A stretch of 62,635 nt of DNA, filler included. It is 6 parts of 6 records of this genome, joined end to end, with 100 filler letters (N's around TTAATTAATTAA, not from the genome) between each part and the next. Parts side by side here need not be neighbours in the genome. Positions count along the whole stretch, not along the records: positions 8,641 to 27,994 come from SRR20825019_643; 5 more parts are not named here. One strand, given 5' to 3'. The position numbers were made by a program, and so were the translations under genes. Numbering within the stretch: position 1 is the first letter of the stretch; each line of letters opens with the position of its first letter. This document shows positions 9,642-19,883 of the stretch, in pieces. The notes under the pieces were generated by a model. It searched no databases, was not told the origin of the DNA, and saw nothing but the letters and a program-made list of their open reading frames with translations.

Positions 9642-10625
9642 GTGGCAACACGGTCAAAATCAACGCTTCATATCAGGTGTGGGCAGGATATCGAACAGGC
9701 TCTGCAAGAGGCTGGGATGGAGGGTGACTTCCTCGATTTTTCAGACCCTTATTGCCAGGGCCCTGTCCGGGGCATTGCACACGCTGATTTTCTGGTTGAG
9801 CGCAGCGCATTTATTGCATCTGCTTACGGTATTGACCCGGCTGAGGTTACGGCACGCCAATCGCGCAGGTATGAAGCGCTCAGGCATGCCCACGACTATG
9901 ATACCATCACGCTTTGGTTTGAGCATGATCATTTTGACCAGCTGATTCTGGCCCATGTGCTGAACCATTTTGCAGATTTAAGCTCACTGCCTGAAATCGA
10001 CCTTGTGTGTGTTGATGACTATCCCGTCTTACCGCGCTTTACCGGCCTTGGTCAGCTTGGCCCAAGTGACCTGAAGGCTGTGTGGGAAAAGCGCGTGCGT
10101 GTGACGCAAGACCATATTCGGCTTGGAAAAGAGGTTTGGTGTGCGCTTACCATGGCCACGCCGAACATGCTGGCAACCATCGCGCATGCCGGGACGCCAG
10201 CCGTGCCACCAATGGCTGGGGCGATTGACCGGCACCTTGACGAGCTTCCCTCCTCTCGCCATGGCCTAGGTTTAACCGAGACCTTGAGCTTGCGTATTCT
10301 GGCAGAGAAGGGCGTGATAAGCGCTGGTGCGATGTTCAGCCAGCTTATGTTGCGTTATGAGACGAGGCCGTACCTAGGTGACCTAATGTACTGGCATGAG
10401 CTTGATCGGTTGGTGCGTGGCGGTGCGGCTGAGGTCGTCACGGCGGGTAAAACATACGCGCAGAACATGCTTCGGCTCACAGAGCTTGGAGAGCGTATCC
10501 TGACGGCTGGAGAAGATTGGCTTGATTATATGCCGGAGCCAAGGTTTGTCGGCGGCGTTGAGATTGCACCAAGCAAGCCACACTGGCGGCGGTTTCCCAA
10601 AGGCAATATCAAGCTGGTTGAATAG
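9642..10625 (+). CDS. DUF1835 domain-containing protein
   Basis: LHIRCGQD, DPYCQGPV, LWFEHDHFDQLIL, GLGQL, YLGD motifs; AAGGAGG RBS upstream of GTG. Confidence 0.8.
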   Translation: MATRSKSTLHIRCGQDIEQALQEAGMEGDFLDFSDPYCQGPVRGIAHADFLVERSAFIASAYGIDPAEVTARQSRRYEALRHAHDYDTITLWFEHDHFDQLILAHVLNHFADLSSLPEIDLVCVDDYPVLPRFTGLGQLGPSDLKAVWEKRVRVTQDHIRLGKEVWCALTMATPNMLATIAHAGTPAVPPMAGAIDRHLDELPSSRHGLGLTETLSLRILAEKGVISAGAMFSQLMLRYETRPYLGDLMYWHELDRLVRGGAAEVVTAGKTYAQNMLRLTELGERILTAGEDWLDYMPEPRFVGGVEIAPSKPHWRRFPKGNIKLVE

Positions 10626-10627
10626 AC

Positions 10628-11869
10628 CTAGGTGACGCGGCTTTTGGCTTTGTATTTGCTGTCCTTCCAGGTATCAGTGCGCAGGATGTCTTCCAGAATT
10701 TCCGCCGCGCGGTACACGTCTTCAAAACCTAGGTACAGCGGTGTGAAGCCAAAACGCATATAATTGGGCGCGCGGAAATCACCAATCACACCCCGGTCGA
10801 TCAACGCCTGCATGACAGCGTAGCCTTCCGCAAAGCTGAGGGACACATGGCTGCCGCGGCAGGAGTGCTTCTCAGGTGTGACAATACCTAGGTTAAAAAC
10901 GGAAAGCCGCTCACGTACCAGCTCCATGAAAAGGTCTGCCAGCGCGAGGGACTTTTGCCGCACGACACGCATATCCACACCTTCAAACGCCTTGAGTGCG
11001 CTTTCAAGTGCAGAGGCCGCGAGCACGCTTGTGGTGCCTACCAACATACGCCGGATATCTGCTGCGGGTTCAAATTTATCGCTGAACTCAAACGGTGCTT
11101 TATGGCCGAACCAACCCGATAAGGGCTGTCGTGCGGTCTCAAGGTGTCGTTTGGCAACATAGATGAAGGCTGGCGCGCCGGGCCCACCGTTCAGATATTT
11201 ATAGCCGCAGCCGACGGCAAAGTCTGCGTCAGCTTTATTGAGGTCAACCGGTACAGCCCCCACAGAATGGCTCAGGTCCCAAACCATCAACGCGCCGTTT
11301 GCATGTGCGGCTTCCGTGATATCAGCCATATCGAACATATCGGCTGTGACATAATGCACGTGTGTTAAAAGCACCACGGCGGTCTTCTCGCTGATGGCCT
11401 CTTTGATCTCTGTACGGTCAACGGTCTTAAGCTGATACTCAGGCCCGAGAAAGTCAGCGAGGCCTTGCAGCATATAAAGATCGGTCGGAAAATTGCCGGG
11501 TTCAGACAGTATCTCCGTACGGCCAGGGTTCATGCGACATGCAGCGGCGGCGGCCTTGAAAATATTCACCGAAGTGCTGTCTGCCATGATCACTTCGTCG
11601 GCGTTTGCGCCAATCAGCGGTGCGATTTGCGCACCAACGCGAGATGGCAGGTTGATCCAGTCTGCGGTATTCCAGCTTTTTATCAGGTCGGTGCGCCACT
11701 CTTGTTGGACAACATTGGCGAGCCGTTCAGCCACCCCTTTGGGGCTTGGCCCCAGGCTGTTGCCGTCCATATAGATCACACCTTCCGGCAGATCAAAGCG
11801 GTCGCGTATCTCCCGAAGCGGATCGCTTGCATCCTGTTTTTGGCACCAGTCGAGTGAAGTGGGGATCAT
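10628..11869 (-). CDS. kynU: Kynureninase
   Basis: YMDGNSLG, DSTSVN, NFPTDLY, WDLSHSVGAVP, GCGYKYLNGGPG (PLP Lys), GWFGH. Confidence 0.95.
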   Translation of the reverse strand: MIPTSLDWCQKQDASDPLREIRDRFDLPEGVIYMDGNSLGPSPKGVAERLANVVQQEWRTDLIKSWNTADWINLPSRVGAQIAPLIGANADEVIMADSTSVNIFKAAAAACRMNPGRTEILSEPGNFPTDLYMLQGLADFLGPEYQLKTVDRTEIKEAISEKTAVVLLTHVHYVTADMFDMADITEAAHANGALMVWDLSHSVGAVPVDLNKADADFAVGCGYKYLNGGPGAPAFIYVAKRHLETARQPLSGWFGHKAPFEFSDKFEPAADIRRMLVGTTSVLAASALESALKAFEGVDMRVVRQKSLALADLFMELVRERLSVFNLGIVTPEKHSCRGSHVSLSFAEGYAVMQALIDRGVIGDFRAPNYMRFGFTPLYLGFEDVYRAAEILEDILRTDTWKDSKYKAKSRVT

Positions 11870-12528
11870 GGCAGGCTCCTCAAAATAGCGCGCACAGGGC
11901 TGCCGTCCGCACCTGAGATTTTCAGCGGCAGCGCAATCAGCTCATATTCGCCAACAGGGACGTCATCGAACACGAGCCCTTCCAGTATGGCCATGCCTGC
12001 GGCATCAACCGCAAAATGAGCATCAAGCGTCTTGCTTTCCTGTGGGTCGAGCGATGGCACATCAAGGCCAATGAGCTTGCAGCCGCGTGCGGCAAGAAAG
12101 CGAATGGCGTCGGCACTGATCGCGGGGAAGTCCGGATCCCAACCCTCGTGAGGAAAGGTCGGGAACAGCTTGATCAGCACACGGTCTACCGTATCTGGCA
12201 GCTTGTTTTCCAAGTGGCGGGGTTCAACAAGCTGTCCTGAAGCGACTTCTTCTGAAAGGTCTATTAAAACAGCAGGGCCGATATAGGCGTCGAGTTCTGT
12301 TTCAGCACAGTCCAAGCCTTTGTCATCAAAATGCAGGCGGCTGTCGGCGTGGCTGCCCGTATGGGTGGACATGCGAACCGCACTGACATTCACCGGGCAC
12401 TCGCCGGGCTCAATATTCCATGTGCGCTCAAGCGTAAATTCGCTGTCACCGGGCCAGACAGGGATGCCCGGCCGTATGGTCTGGCTGATGTCATAAATGT
12501 GGCTCACAGGCTTGTCCTCACGGTCCAT
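11866..12528 (-). CDS. kynB: Arylformamidase (kynurenine formamidase, cyclase family)
   Basis: WPGD, HTGSHAD, G.D.PSLD, ILEGL, ALPLK..ADGSPVRA; lies between kynA and kynU. The start may be the GTG near 12507. Confidence 0.93.
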   Translation of the reverse strand: MDREDKPVSHIYDISQTIRPGIPVWPGDSEFTLERTWNIEPGECPVNVSAVRMSTHTGSHADSRLHFDDKGLDCAETELDAYIGPAVLIDLSEEVASGQLVEPRHLENKLPDTVDRVLIKLFPTFPHEGWDPDFPAISADAIRFLAARGCKLIGLDVPSLDPQESKTLDAHFAVDAAGMAILEGLVFDDVPVGEYELIALPLKISGADGSPVRAILRSLP

Positions 12529-13364
12529 AGTTCAGGGAAGAAGCGCAGGTCCAACGCCTTCACAAGGTAGGATACACCGCCGGTGCCGCCCGTACCCTTT
12601 TTGTAGCCGATGATGCGTTCAACGGTTTTCATGTGAGCAAAACGCCAAAGGTGAAAGTGATGCTCAAGGTCCACCAACTTTTCGGCGAGCTCATAGAGGT
12701 CCCAGTGTTTTTTTGTATCGCGGTATACTTCAAGCCATGCGCGCTCAACGCCCGCGCTGGCTTCATAGGGTTGCCGCCAATCCCGCTCCAGTCGGTCAGC
12801 AGGAATATCAAATCCGCGGCGGGAGAGCAGTTGCAGGCAGAGATCATAAAAGCTAGGAGCATTCAGCACATTTTGCAGGTGCTCGTAACGCGCCGGTACA
12901 CTCTTGTGCGCTTCAGCCATACGGGCGCTTTTGTTGCCGAGACTGTATTCAATCTCGCGGTACTGGAAGCTTTGGAAACCTGAACTTTGCCCCAGGTCAT
13001 CACGGAAAGCCGCATAATCCGCGGGTGTCATGGTAGACAGTATTTCCCAGGATTGTTGCAGGTTAGCTTGTATCTTTGCCACGCGCGACAGCATCTTGAA
13101 CACAGGGCCGAGATTGTTATCTTTCAGGTGTGTCATTGCGGCCCGCAGCTCATGCAGGCAGGCTTTCATCCACAGTTCAGACGCCTGATGGATCACCACA
13201 AACAGCATTTCGTCATGTTTGTCGGATAGCGGGTTCTGGCATGCCAAGAGATTGTCCAGCTTAAGGTAGGCACCGTAGCTGATGTCCTGCTGCCAGTGAA
13301 TGTCCTCACCTGAGACATCGACCGCTGTAGCGGGGCGCGTGCCTTCATCTGATGTTTCGGTCAT
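12504..13364 (-). CDS. kynA: Tryptophan 2,3-dioxygenase
   Basis: HDEMLFVVIHQASELWMK, SGFQSFQYR, WRFAHMKTVERIIG.K.GTGGT.G. Confidence 0.96.
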   Translation of the reverse strand: MTETSDEGTRPATAVDVSGEDIHWQQDISYGAYLKLDNLLACQNPLSDKHDEMLFVVIHQASELWMKACLHELRAAMTHLKDNNLGPVFKMLSRVAKIQANLQQSWEILSTMTPADYAAFRDDLGQSSGFQSFQYREIEYSLGNKSARMAEAHKSVPARYEHLQNVLNAPSFYDLCLQLLSRRGFDIPADRLERDWRQPYEASAGVERAWLEVYRDTKKHWDLYELAEKLVDLEHHFHLWRFAHMKTVERIIGYKKGTGGTGGVSYLVKALDLRFFPELWTVRTSL

Positions 13365-13473
13365 ATGACTATCCTTCCAGCAGGTATTTGTTTTAGTACT
13401 AAACTATATGGATGCTAACCTGATCTGGCAATAGTTTCAATGCCAGTTTGTGGCCCTAGGTGGCACTTGTTTG

Positions 13474-13593
13474 TTAGTCGACGATATCGACGGCGGTGCC
13501 TACAGCGGTTGTCGCGACTTTTACAGGTACGGTGACCACAGCGCATGCACTGACAGCAAACAGGGCAACCGCAAGCAATACTAACTGACGCAA
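13474..13593 (-). CDS. Small 39-aa lipoprotein (not in the ORF track)
   Basis: GGAGG RBS 7 nt before TTG; MRQLVLLAVALFAVSAC-AVVTVPVKVATTAVGTAVDIVD*, with lipobox VSAC. Confidence 0.75.
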   Translation of the reverse strand: MRQLVLLAVALFAVSACAVVTVPVKVATTAVGTAVDIVD

Positions 13594-13779
13594 AACAGAA
13601 CCTCCAGCGTATGGCACCTTCGGCCATTTCGTCGTTTAAGTTGGTATGCCCGAGGCGAATTTGAGGCACAAGGCTTTAATTATGTGGCAGATACGCTACA
13701 TAATTAAAGCCTGAAGGCCTGCGCGGTGGTCGTTTATGGTCCATCGCGCGAGCGCCAATGAGCGTCAAGGAGTTGCCGA

Positions 13780-14433
13780 ATGTTAAAAGCCCAGATCGTC
13801 CCCGTAACCCCATTTGCACAGAATTGTAGCCTGATCTGGTGCGATGAAACCATGGAGGCGGCGTTTGTCGACCCGGGCGGGGAGGCGGACAAGCTGCTTG
13901 ATGTGGCGAAGAAGGCTGGCGTTACGCTCAAGAAGATATTCCTGACCCATGGCCATCTTGACCACGCGGGCGGTGCGCAGGATATTCGGGAGAAACTCGG
14001 CCTGCCGATCATCGGCCCTCACAGGGAAGATGCCTTTTGGTTGGACCAGATTGAAGAACATGCCGCGCAATATAATATGCCGGGCCTGCGCTGTGTGACG
14101 CCTGACGAATGGCTTGATGACGGTGATGAAGTAACCCTGGGCAATATCACCATGCAGGTTTTTCATACGCCTGGGCATACGCCGGGTCATGTGGTTTTCT
14201 TTGAACCAAAACATAAGGTTGCCTTTGTTGGTGATGTGCTTTTCAAGGGCTCAATTGGTCGCACAGATTTCCCTCGTGGTAATCACGCAGACCTGATCAA
14301 CGCGATTACAAGTAAACTCTGGCCACTTGGTAATGACATTACCTTTGTACCGGGCCATGGTGCGCTTTCAACCTTCGGGGCAGAACGGCAAAACAATCCT
14401 TACGTTGCTGATCGTGTGCTTGCCCAAGCTTAG
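13780..14433 (+). CDS. MBL-fold metallo-hydrolase (YcbL/GloC-like)
   Basis: THGHLDH, TPGHTPGH, GDVLF.GSIGRTDFP, PGHG. Confidence 0.9.
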   Translation: MLKAQIVPVTPFAQNCSLIWCDETMEAAFVDPGGEADKLLDVAKKAGVTLKKIFLTHGHLDHAGGAQDIREKLGLPIIGPHREDAFWLDQIEEHAAQYNMPGLRCVTPDEWLDDGDEVTLGNITMQVFHTPGHTPGHVVFFEPKHKVAFVGDVLFKGSIGRTDFPRGNHADLINAITSKLWPLGNDITFVPGHGALSTFGAERQNNPYVADRVLAQA

Positions 14434-14499
14434 CTCCAGACCATGCCGAAGTCCCTCTAAGCGCTAGCCACATAAAAAAGCCTTTGGTATAAGGGCTTT

Positions 14500-15837
14500 A
14501 TGGGGAGGGGCGTGATGAAGCGGCTTGTCAGGAAATGGATCGTACTTTTAAAACGCAGGCGTCTGCGGCGTGAACAAAGAAAACGCGGCAACCATAAGCT
14601 CGTTGCGCGCGAAATACAGGATGCCGGGCTTGGCTGCAGCAATTGCGGCGCGGAGCTAACCGGCCCCTTTTGCCACATCTGCGGGCAACGAGACGATGAC
14701 TTCAAGCGACCCTTCTGGTCTTTGTTGCGCGAAATTCTCGACAATGTGTTTTCAAGCGATAGCCGTCTTTTTAAGACGTTGTTTTTGCTTGTATTGGTGC
14801 CCGGTGGGTTGACGCGTGCCTTCGTTATGGGGCGCAGGGCACAATTTGTGCCACCACTTCGGTTATATATTACTGTCTCCATTATGTTTTTTGTCATTCT
14901 GGCAATAGCGGATGTCTTGATTCTCGATATCAATGTGACGCCTCGCCCCAATACTGAAGAAGCTATAGAGGCCAGAAAAGAGGCGGTGAGTGAGGTTCAG
15001 TCGGCTTTAAGGGAGATGGGCATTCCGGTTGAGGAGGCCGAGGGTGGAGACGTGCCAGCTATTAATAACCGACCGCCGGATGGCGATGCAGTGGTGGATG
15101 AAAGGCAAGACCAACCGGATGAAGCGACTGCTCGCCACACTGCCGCAGTGCGAGACAAGTTGAAGGAAGCACTGGAGCAGCAGGGCGACAAGATACCAGC
15201 TGAAGCACGGGCAGAGTTGGAACGCATGGCGAACGACCCGGAGGCGCTTGTTGTAAGTCCACCATCACCCGACGGATCGGATGTGGATTTTGATCTGCCT
15301 TATGACGTTGAAGTTGATATGTTTGTCCCCAACGACGATGAGGACCGGGATGGTTTCAAGCAGGAAGATATCGACCGCGTACTCAATGATCCGTCAGTGC
15401 CGGATTTTATCAAGGACGCAACGAAAGGGTTTGCGCGTGCCTTGCAGCAACCCGAAGCGTTTAATCGTTTGTTCAACGAATGGCTGCCACGAGCGCTTTT
15501 TGTCCTGCTCCCCGTTTTCGCGCTAATTCTCAGAGTATTTCATTGGGGCAAGGAGCGATATTATCTGCATCAATTGGTATTTTCCCTCCATTTCCACAGT
15601 TTTTTATTCCTGCTGCTCACGGCCCTTATCATTATCGTACCTCTATATGGCAGCGATTTGGGGGCCGGCCTGTTCTGGTGGGGAACGTCGCTTTATCTCA
15701 TTATCGCCCTTAAGGTCGGGCAAGGGCAGGGCCTCATACGGGCCTTTTTCAAAGCGGGCTTTATCTGGGTCAGTTACTTCTTTGTCATGATGGTGGTTAT
15801 TGGCTCCGCTGTGCTGTTTGGTTTGCGGGAACTCTAA
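14500..15837 (+). CDS. DUF3667 domain-containing membrane protein
   Basis: CSNCG...FCHICGQ zinc ribbon, PG.LT, PPLRLY, HQLVFSLHFHSF, C-terminal TM helices. Confidence 0.85.
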   Translation: MGRGVMKRLVRKWIVLLKRRRLRREQRKRGNHKLVAREIQDAGLGCSNCGAELTGPFCHICGQRDDDFKRPFWSLLREILDNVFSSDSRLFKTLFLLVLVPGGLTRAFVMGRRAQFVPPLRLYITVSIMFFVILAIADVLILDINVTPRPNTEEAIEARKEAVSEVQSALREMGIPVEEAEGGDVPAINNRPPDGDAVVDERQDQPDEATARHTAAVRDKLKEALEQQGDKIPAEARAELERMANDPEALVVSPPSPDGSDVDFDLPYDVEVDMFVPNDDEDRDGFKQEDIDRVLNDPSVPDFIKDATKGFARALQQPEAFNRLFNEWLPRALFVLLPVFALILRVFHWGKERYYLHQLVFSLHFHSFLFLLLTALIIIVPLYGSDLGAGLFWWGTSLYLIIALKVGQGQGLIRAFFKAGFIWVSYFFVMMVVIGSAVLFGLREL

Positions 15838-15909
15838 AGCCTAAACGCAAAACACCGCCAGCCTTTCGGACGACGGTGTTGCTATACTCACGCTTCAGAA
15901 GGTGAGCGT

Positions 15910-16533
15910 TTATGCTGCTTGCTTGAAGCCGGAGAGTGCGCTGTCGAGCTGATCTTCCGCCGCCTGCAGGCTTGCATCTATATCAACAGCGGTTTTATCA
16001 GCTGCGATGACGGTAACGTCTGTAATGCCGATAAACGCGAGCGCATGTTTCAAGTAGGGTACAGCGAAGTCGATTGCACTGCCAACCTGCGTGCCGCCTG
16101 AAGCCGCGAACAGATAGGCTTTTTTGCCAGTGAGCAGGCCTTGCGGGCCATTTTCAGTATATTTGAACGTAACACCGGCACGGGCCACCAAGTCAATCCA
16201 TGCTTTCAGTGAAGCTGGAACGCCAAAGTTATAAACTGGTACCCCAATCGCCAGCACATCTGCGGCTTGCAGGTCTGCGATCAGGCTGTCTGAGAGCGCG
16301 AGTTTTTCTTTCTGCTCTTCTGTGCGCTTGTCTGTAGGGGTGAAGTTTGCACCAATCCAGTCTTCATCGACAAAGGGCAAACCTTCTGCGGTATCGTGGT
16401 TCAGAATAGCGACATCAACTCGGTCGGCGATTGTATCGATGAAGCGATTGGTGAAGTCACGAGAGATGGAGCCGTTTTTGCGCGCACTTGCGTCAACGCG
16501 TAATACGGTGATGTGGTCCTGGGTATTGGTCAT
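15910..16533 (-). CDS. azoR: FMN-dependent NADH-azoreductase
   Basis: PVYNFGVPASLKAWIDLVARAGVTFKYTENGPQGL, ASGG. Confidence 0.9.
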   Translation of the reverse strand: MTNTQDHITVLRVDASARKNGSISRDFTNRFIDTIADRVDVAILNHDTAEGLPFVDEDWIGANFTPTDKRTEEQKEKLALSDSLIADLQAADVLAIGVPVYNFGVPASLKAWIDLVARAGVTFKYTENGPQGLLTGKKAYLFAASGGTQVGSAIDFAVPYLKHALAFIGITDVTVIAADKTAVDIDASLQAAEDQLDSALSGFKQAA

Positions 16534-16645
16534 TTCAAATTCCTTTCAAAGCGTGTGCTGTTGAAAGGAATGTATGATCGGTGGTGTGAAACAGTAGTTG
16601 GCCAAAACCCTACTCGGTGTTGCATATTATAGAACGCCGAGAGGT

Positions 16646-17047
16646 TTAGTCCTCTGGTATCAAATTCAGGGACGCCGAGTTTGTGCAATAGCGCAGCCCG
16701 GTTGGCTGTGGGCCATCAGGGAAAACATGACCCAAATGGCTTTCACATCGGGCACAGAGTATTTCTGTGCGGACCATACCATGGGTGGTGTCTACCTTCT
16801 CTATGACCGCTTCGTCATCAACCGGTGCCCAAAAGCTTGGCCAGCCAGAGCCGCTCTCATATTTGGTCTGGCTTTCGAACAAAGGTGCTTCACACGCGGC
16901 ACATATATAGGTGCCGGGCGTTTTGGTGTTCCAGTACTTGCCACTGAAAGGGGGTTCTGTGCCGCCGCAGCGGCACACCTCGTATTGCTCAGGCGTCAAT
17001 TCTGCCCGCCAGTCATCCTCTGTTTTTGCGCGTACGTCGTCGTTCAT
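16646..17047 (-). CDS. msrB: Peptide-methionine (R)-S-oxide reductase
   Basis: [44 protein letters not shown]. Confidence 0.96.
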   Translation of the reverse strand: MNDDVRAKTEDDWRAELTPEQYEVCRCGGTEPPFSGKYWNTKTPGTYICAACEAPLFESQTKYESGSGWPSFWAPVDDEAVIEKVDTTHGMVRTEILCARCESHLGHVFPDGPQPTGLRYCTNSASLNLIPED

Positions 17048-18891
17048 CAGCGCACCTTACAGACAAAACAAACTGCATATTTACCCATGGGATCGTTGAA
17101 GTTGAGGAAGAGTTCAGCCTCCTTCTTCAGTTCCAGAGCCGTTTTCATCACAGGCGACATCTGGCTATCAAACATGCGGCTGGTATTGGTGCCGATTGTT
17201 GAGTTCAGGAGGTCAGCAACCATCTGTTCAAACTGATCGGGTTGGTCGCGGTAGAAAACAAGCTGGTAGCTGTCAACGTCAGCGGCGCGGGCTGCTGCCT
17301 GTACCGCGTCGTCAAACTCACCCAGGTTGTCAACAAGCCCAAGCTCGTGAGCTGTGGACCCGACCCAAACACGGCCTTGGGCGATTTTATCCACATCTTC
17401 AGCAGACATGTTGCGGCCTTCAGCCACAAGGTTGATAAACTCGCGGTAGCCGTACTCGATCGACTGCTGGATGATGTCTTTTGTGGCTTCTTCAAGCGGC
17501 CGAGCCGGGTTGAAGGCACCTGCGAGCGGAGAGGTACCAACACCGTCAGCGTGAATGCCGATTTTATCAAGTGTCTTCTCAAATGTGGGCACAATGCCAA
17601 AAATGCCGATTGAGCCAGTGATCGTGCTTGGTGCCGCCCAAATCTCGTCAGCTGTCGCTGATATCCAGTAGCCACCTGATGCGGCTACCGGGCCGAACGA
17701 GGCAATAACCTTTAGGCCTTGCGCCTGGGCCGCGACAAGTTCCTGCCGTATCAGTTCCGACGCAAAGGCAGAGCCACCGGGGCTGTCTACGCGCAGTACA
17801 ATGGCGGCAGTGTTCGGGTTGTTGCGGGCATCACGAATATAACCAACAACGGTTTCAGCGGCTGTTACAGTAATCGGGCCGTCACCCATCACGATTTCAC
17901 CCTGCGCGGTAATCACGGCAATTTCGTTGCCGCTGCGCATAGGCCTGTCAGTAGCTGCGAGATAGGTTTCAAAATGGATTTGATTGAACGATTGTCCGTC
18001 GGGTGTTGCGCCGAATTCGTCCATCAGTGCCTGACGCCACGCCATGCGGGGGGCCAGTTCATCAACAAGGCCGGTGTTGAGCGCGAGCTTGGCAAAGTCA
18101 CCCTCCGCGGCGCGCAGGTCTTCTGGCACACGCGCGAGCGCGGCAGTGAGGGCACCATTTTCAAGGTGGCGTGCTGTGGTGATAGACGTTTCATACTGAT
18201 CCCACAGGGTGCCAAGGAACGCCATGTTCGCTTCTTTAGCGGCAGGCGACATATCATCACGAATGAAAGGCTCAACAGCAGCTTTATATGTGCCGACACG
18301 GAAGACGTTTACGTTCGCCTCGATTTTATCGAGCATGCTTTTGAAGTAGGTCGGGTAATACCCAAAGCCTGTGAGCAAAACACCGCCGCCTGGGTTCATA
18401 AACACCTTGTCGGCCTGAGCGGCGATCAGATAGGTGCTTTGGCTATAGGACGTCGAAAGGGCATATACCTTCTTGCCACTCTCTTTGAACTTGCGAATGC
18501 TGTCTGCAATGGTGTGCAGGTGGCTTTGTGCCGCGCCAGATATAGAATCAGTCAGGATAGCGAGGGCTTTGATGCGGTCGTCATTTTTTGCACGCTCAAC
18601 GGCGCGCAAGATGTCATGGATACTGGTTTGCGGCGGTGTGCTGTTGAAATCAGAAAAAACAGCCTCAAGCGGGTCTGGATATTCTACCTGCTCAACGATT
18701 GCGCCGTTTGGCCACAGCACAAGAACGGCCCCGTCCGGCACACTTGGCCTGGTTTCACGGTTGCTGGCTGCATACACGGCAAACAGCAAAACGATAACCA
18801 GAATGCCGAGGGCGGTCGTGCCGAGCCCTTGAATAAACGAAAAAATAGATTTTACTATAGCCCAGACGCCCTTCATGGCTGCCCTTTCCAA
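17047..18891 (-). CDS. sppA: Signal peptide peptidase SppA (67K type)
   Basis: N-terminal [46 protein letters not shown]. Confidence 0.95.
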   Translation of the reverse strand: MERAAMKGVWAIVKSIFSFIQGLGTTALGILVIVLLFAVYAASNRETRPSVPDGAVLVLWPNGAIVEQVEYPDPLEAVFSDFNSTPPQTSIHDILRAVERAKNDDRIKALAILTDSISGAAQSHLHTIADSIRKFKESGKKVYALSTSYSQSTYLIAAQADKVFMNPGGGVLLTGFGYYPTYFKSMLDKIEANVNVFRVGTYKAAVEPFIRDDMSPAAKEANMAFLGTLWDQYETSITTARHLENGALTAALARVPEDLRAAEGDFAKLALNTGLVDELAPRMAWRQALMDEFGATPDGQSFNQIHFETYLAATDRPMRSGNEIAVITAQGEIVMGDGPITVTAAETVVGYIRDARNNPNTAAIVLRVDSPGGSAFASELIRQELVAAQAQGLKVIASFGPVAASGGYWISATADEIWAAPSTITGSIGIFGIVPTFEKTLDKIGIHADGVGTSPLAGAFNPARPLEEATKDIIQQSIEYGYREFINLVAEGRNMSAEDVDKIAQGRVWVGSTAHELGLVDNLGEFDDAVQAAARAADVDSYQLVFYRDQPDQFEQMVADLLNSTIGTNTSRMFDSQMSPVMKTALELKKEAELFLNFNDPMGKYAVCFVCKVR

Positions 18892-19023
18892 ACCTTGAAA
18901 AAAGATGGCAACATGCCTTCATTAGATAGAAGGTGCGATGCGGTTCGGCCCTCGTCAAGAGGTGATGCCGAGAATGTTAGCTCGCACCAAACATAATATA
19001 CACAACAGCAATAGGGGGAAACT

Positions 19024-19875
19024 ATGTCATCACACATTCCGCAGGTACCGATTAACCGCCACACACGTGTGGCAGGTGTAGACGATGATATCGATTATGA
19101 GATCAAGGGCTCGGAAATGCAGTTCGTTGAGGTTGAGCTGGACCCAGGCGAATCTGCGGTCGCGGAAGCCGGCGCGATGATGTTCAAGTCGCCCGACGTG
19201 AAAATGACATCGGTATTTGGCGATGGTTCTGGGCAGGACGCGGGTTTTATGGGCAAGCTGCTTGGTGCGGGAAAGCGCCTGATTACGGGGGAAAGCCTGT
19301 TTACCACTGTTTTCACCCATGAAGGGGCAGGCAAAGCGCGGGTTGCGTTTGCCGCGCCTTATCCGGGCAATATTATTGCGCTTAAACTGTCCGATTACGG
19401 TGGGCGGCTGATTTGCCAGAAAGATAGTTTTCTTGCAGCCGCACGTGGTGTGCAGATGGGGGTGCATTTTCAACAAAAGATCATGACCGGGCTGTTTGGT
19501 GGTGAAGGGTTTATTATGCAGCGTCTGGATGGTGATGGTTGGGCTTTTGTACATATCGGCGGAACGATTATTGAAAAAGAACTCAAACCCGGCGAGGTTT
19601 TGCATGTTGATACAGGGTGTTTGGCGGCCATGACATCGGGTGTTGATATGGACATCGAGCGCGTTGGCGGTGTTAAATCCATGATCTTTGGCGGAGAGGG
19701 TGTTTTCTTCGCGCGTTTGCAGGGGCCGGGTAAAGTTTGGCTGCAAAGCTTGCCCTTCAGCCGCTTGGCTGGGCGAATTTTTGCCGCTGCACCACAAGCA
19801 GGGGGCAAAGACCGCGGCGAAGGTTCCGTACTAGGTGGCATTGGTCGTATGATAGACGGCGACAACAGCTTTTAA
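19024..19875 (+). CDS. TIGR00266 / AIM24 family protein
   Basis: MQFVEVELDPGE, GESLF, FAAPYPG, GLFGGEGFIMQ, GPGKVWLQSLPFSRLA. Confidence 0.9.
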   Translation: MSSHIPQVPINRHTRVAGVDDDIDYEIKGSEMQFVEVELDPGESAVAEAGAMMFKSPDVKMTSVFGDGSGQDAGFMGKLLGAGKRLITGESLFTTVFTHEGAGKARVAFAAPYPGNIIALKLSDYGGRLICQKDSFLAAARGVQMGVHFQQKIMTGLFGGEGFIMQRLDGDGWAFVHIGGTIIEKELKPGEVLHVDTGCLAAMTSGVDMDIERVGGVKSMIFGGEGVFFARLQGPGKVWLQSLPFSRLAGRIFAAAPQAGGKDRGEGSVLGGIGRMIDGDNSF

Positions 19876-19883
19876 GGCAGTGC

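Noticed and set aside
17719-18996. 425-aa plus-strand ORF
   Set aside because: Antisense shadow of sppA with no recognisable motifs.
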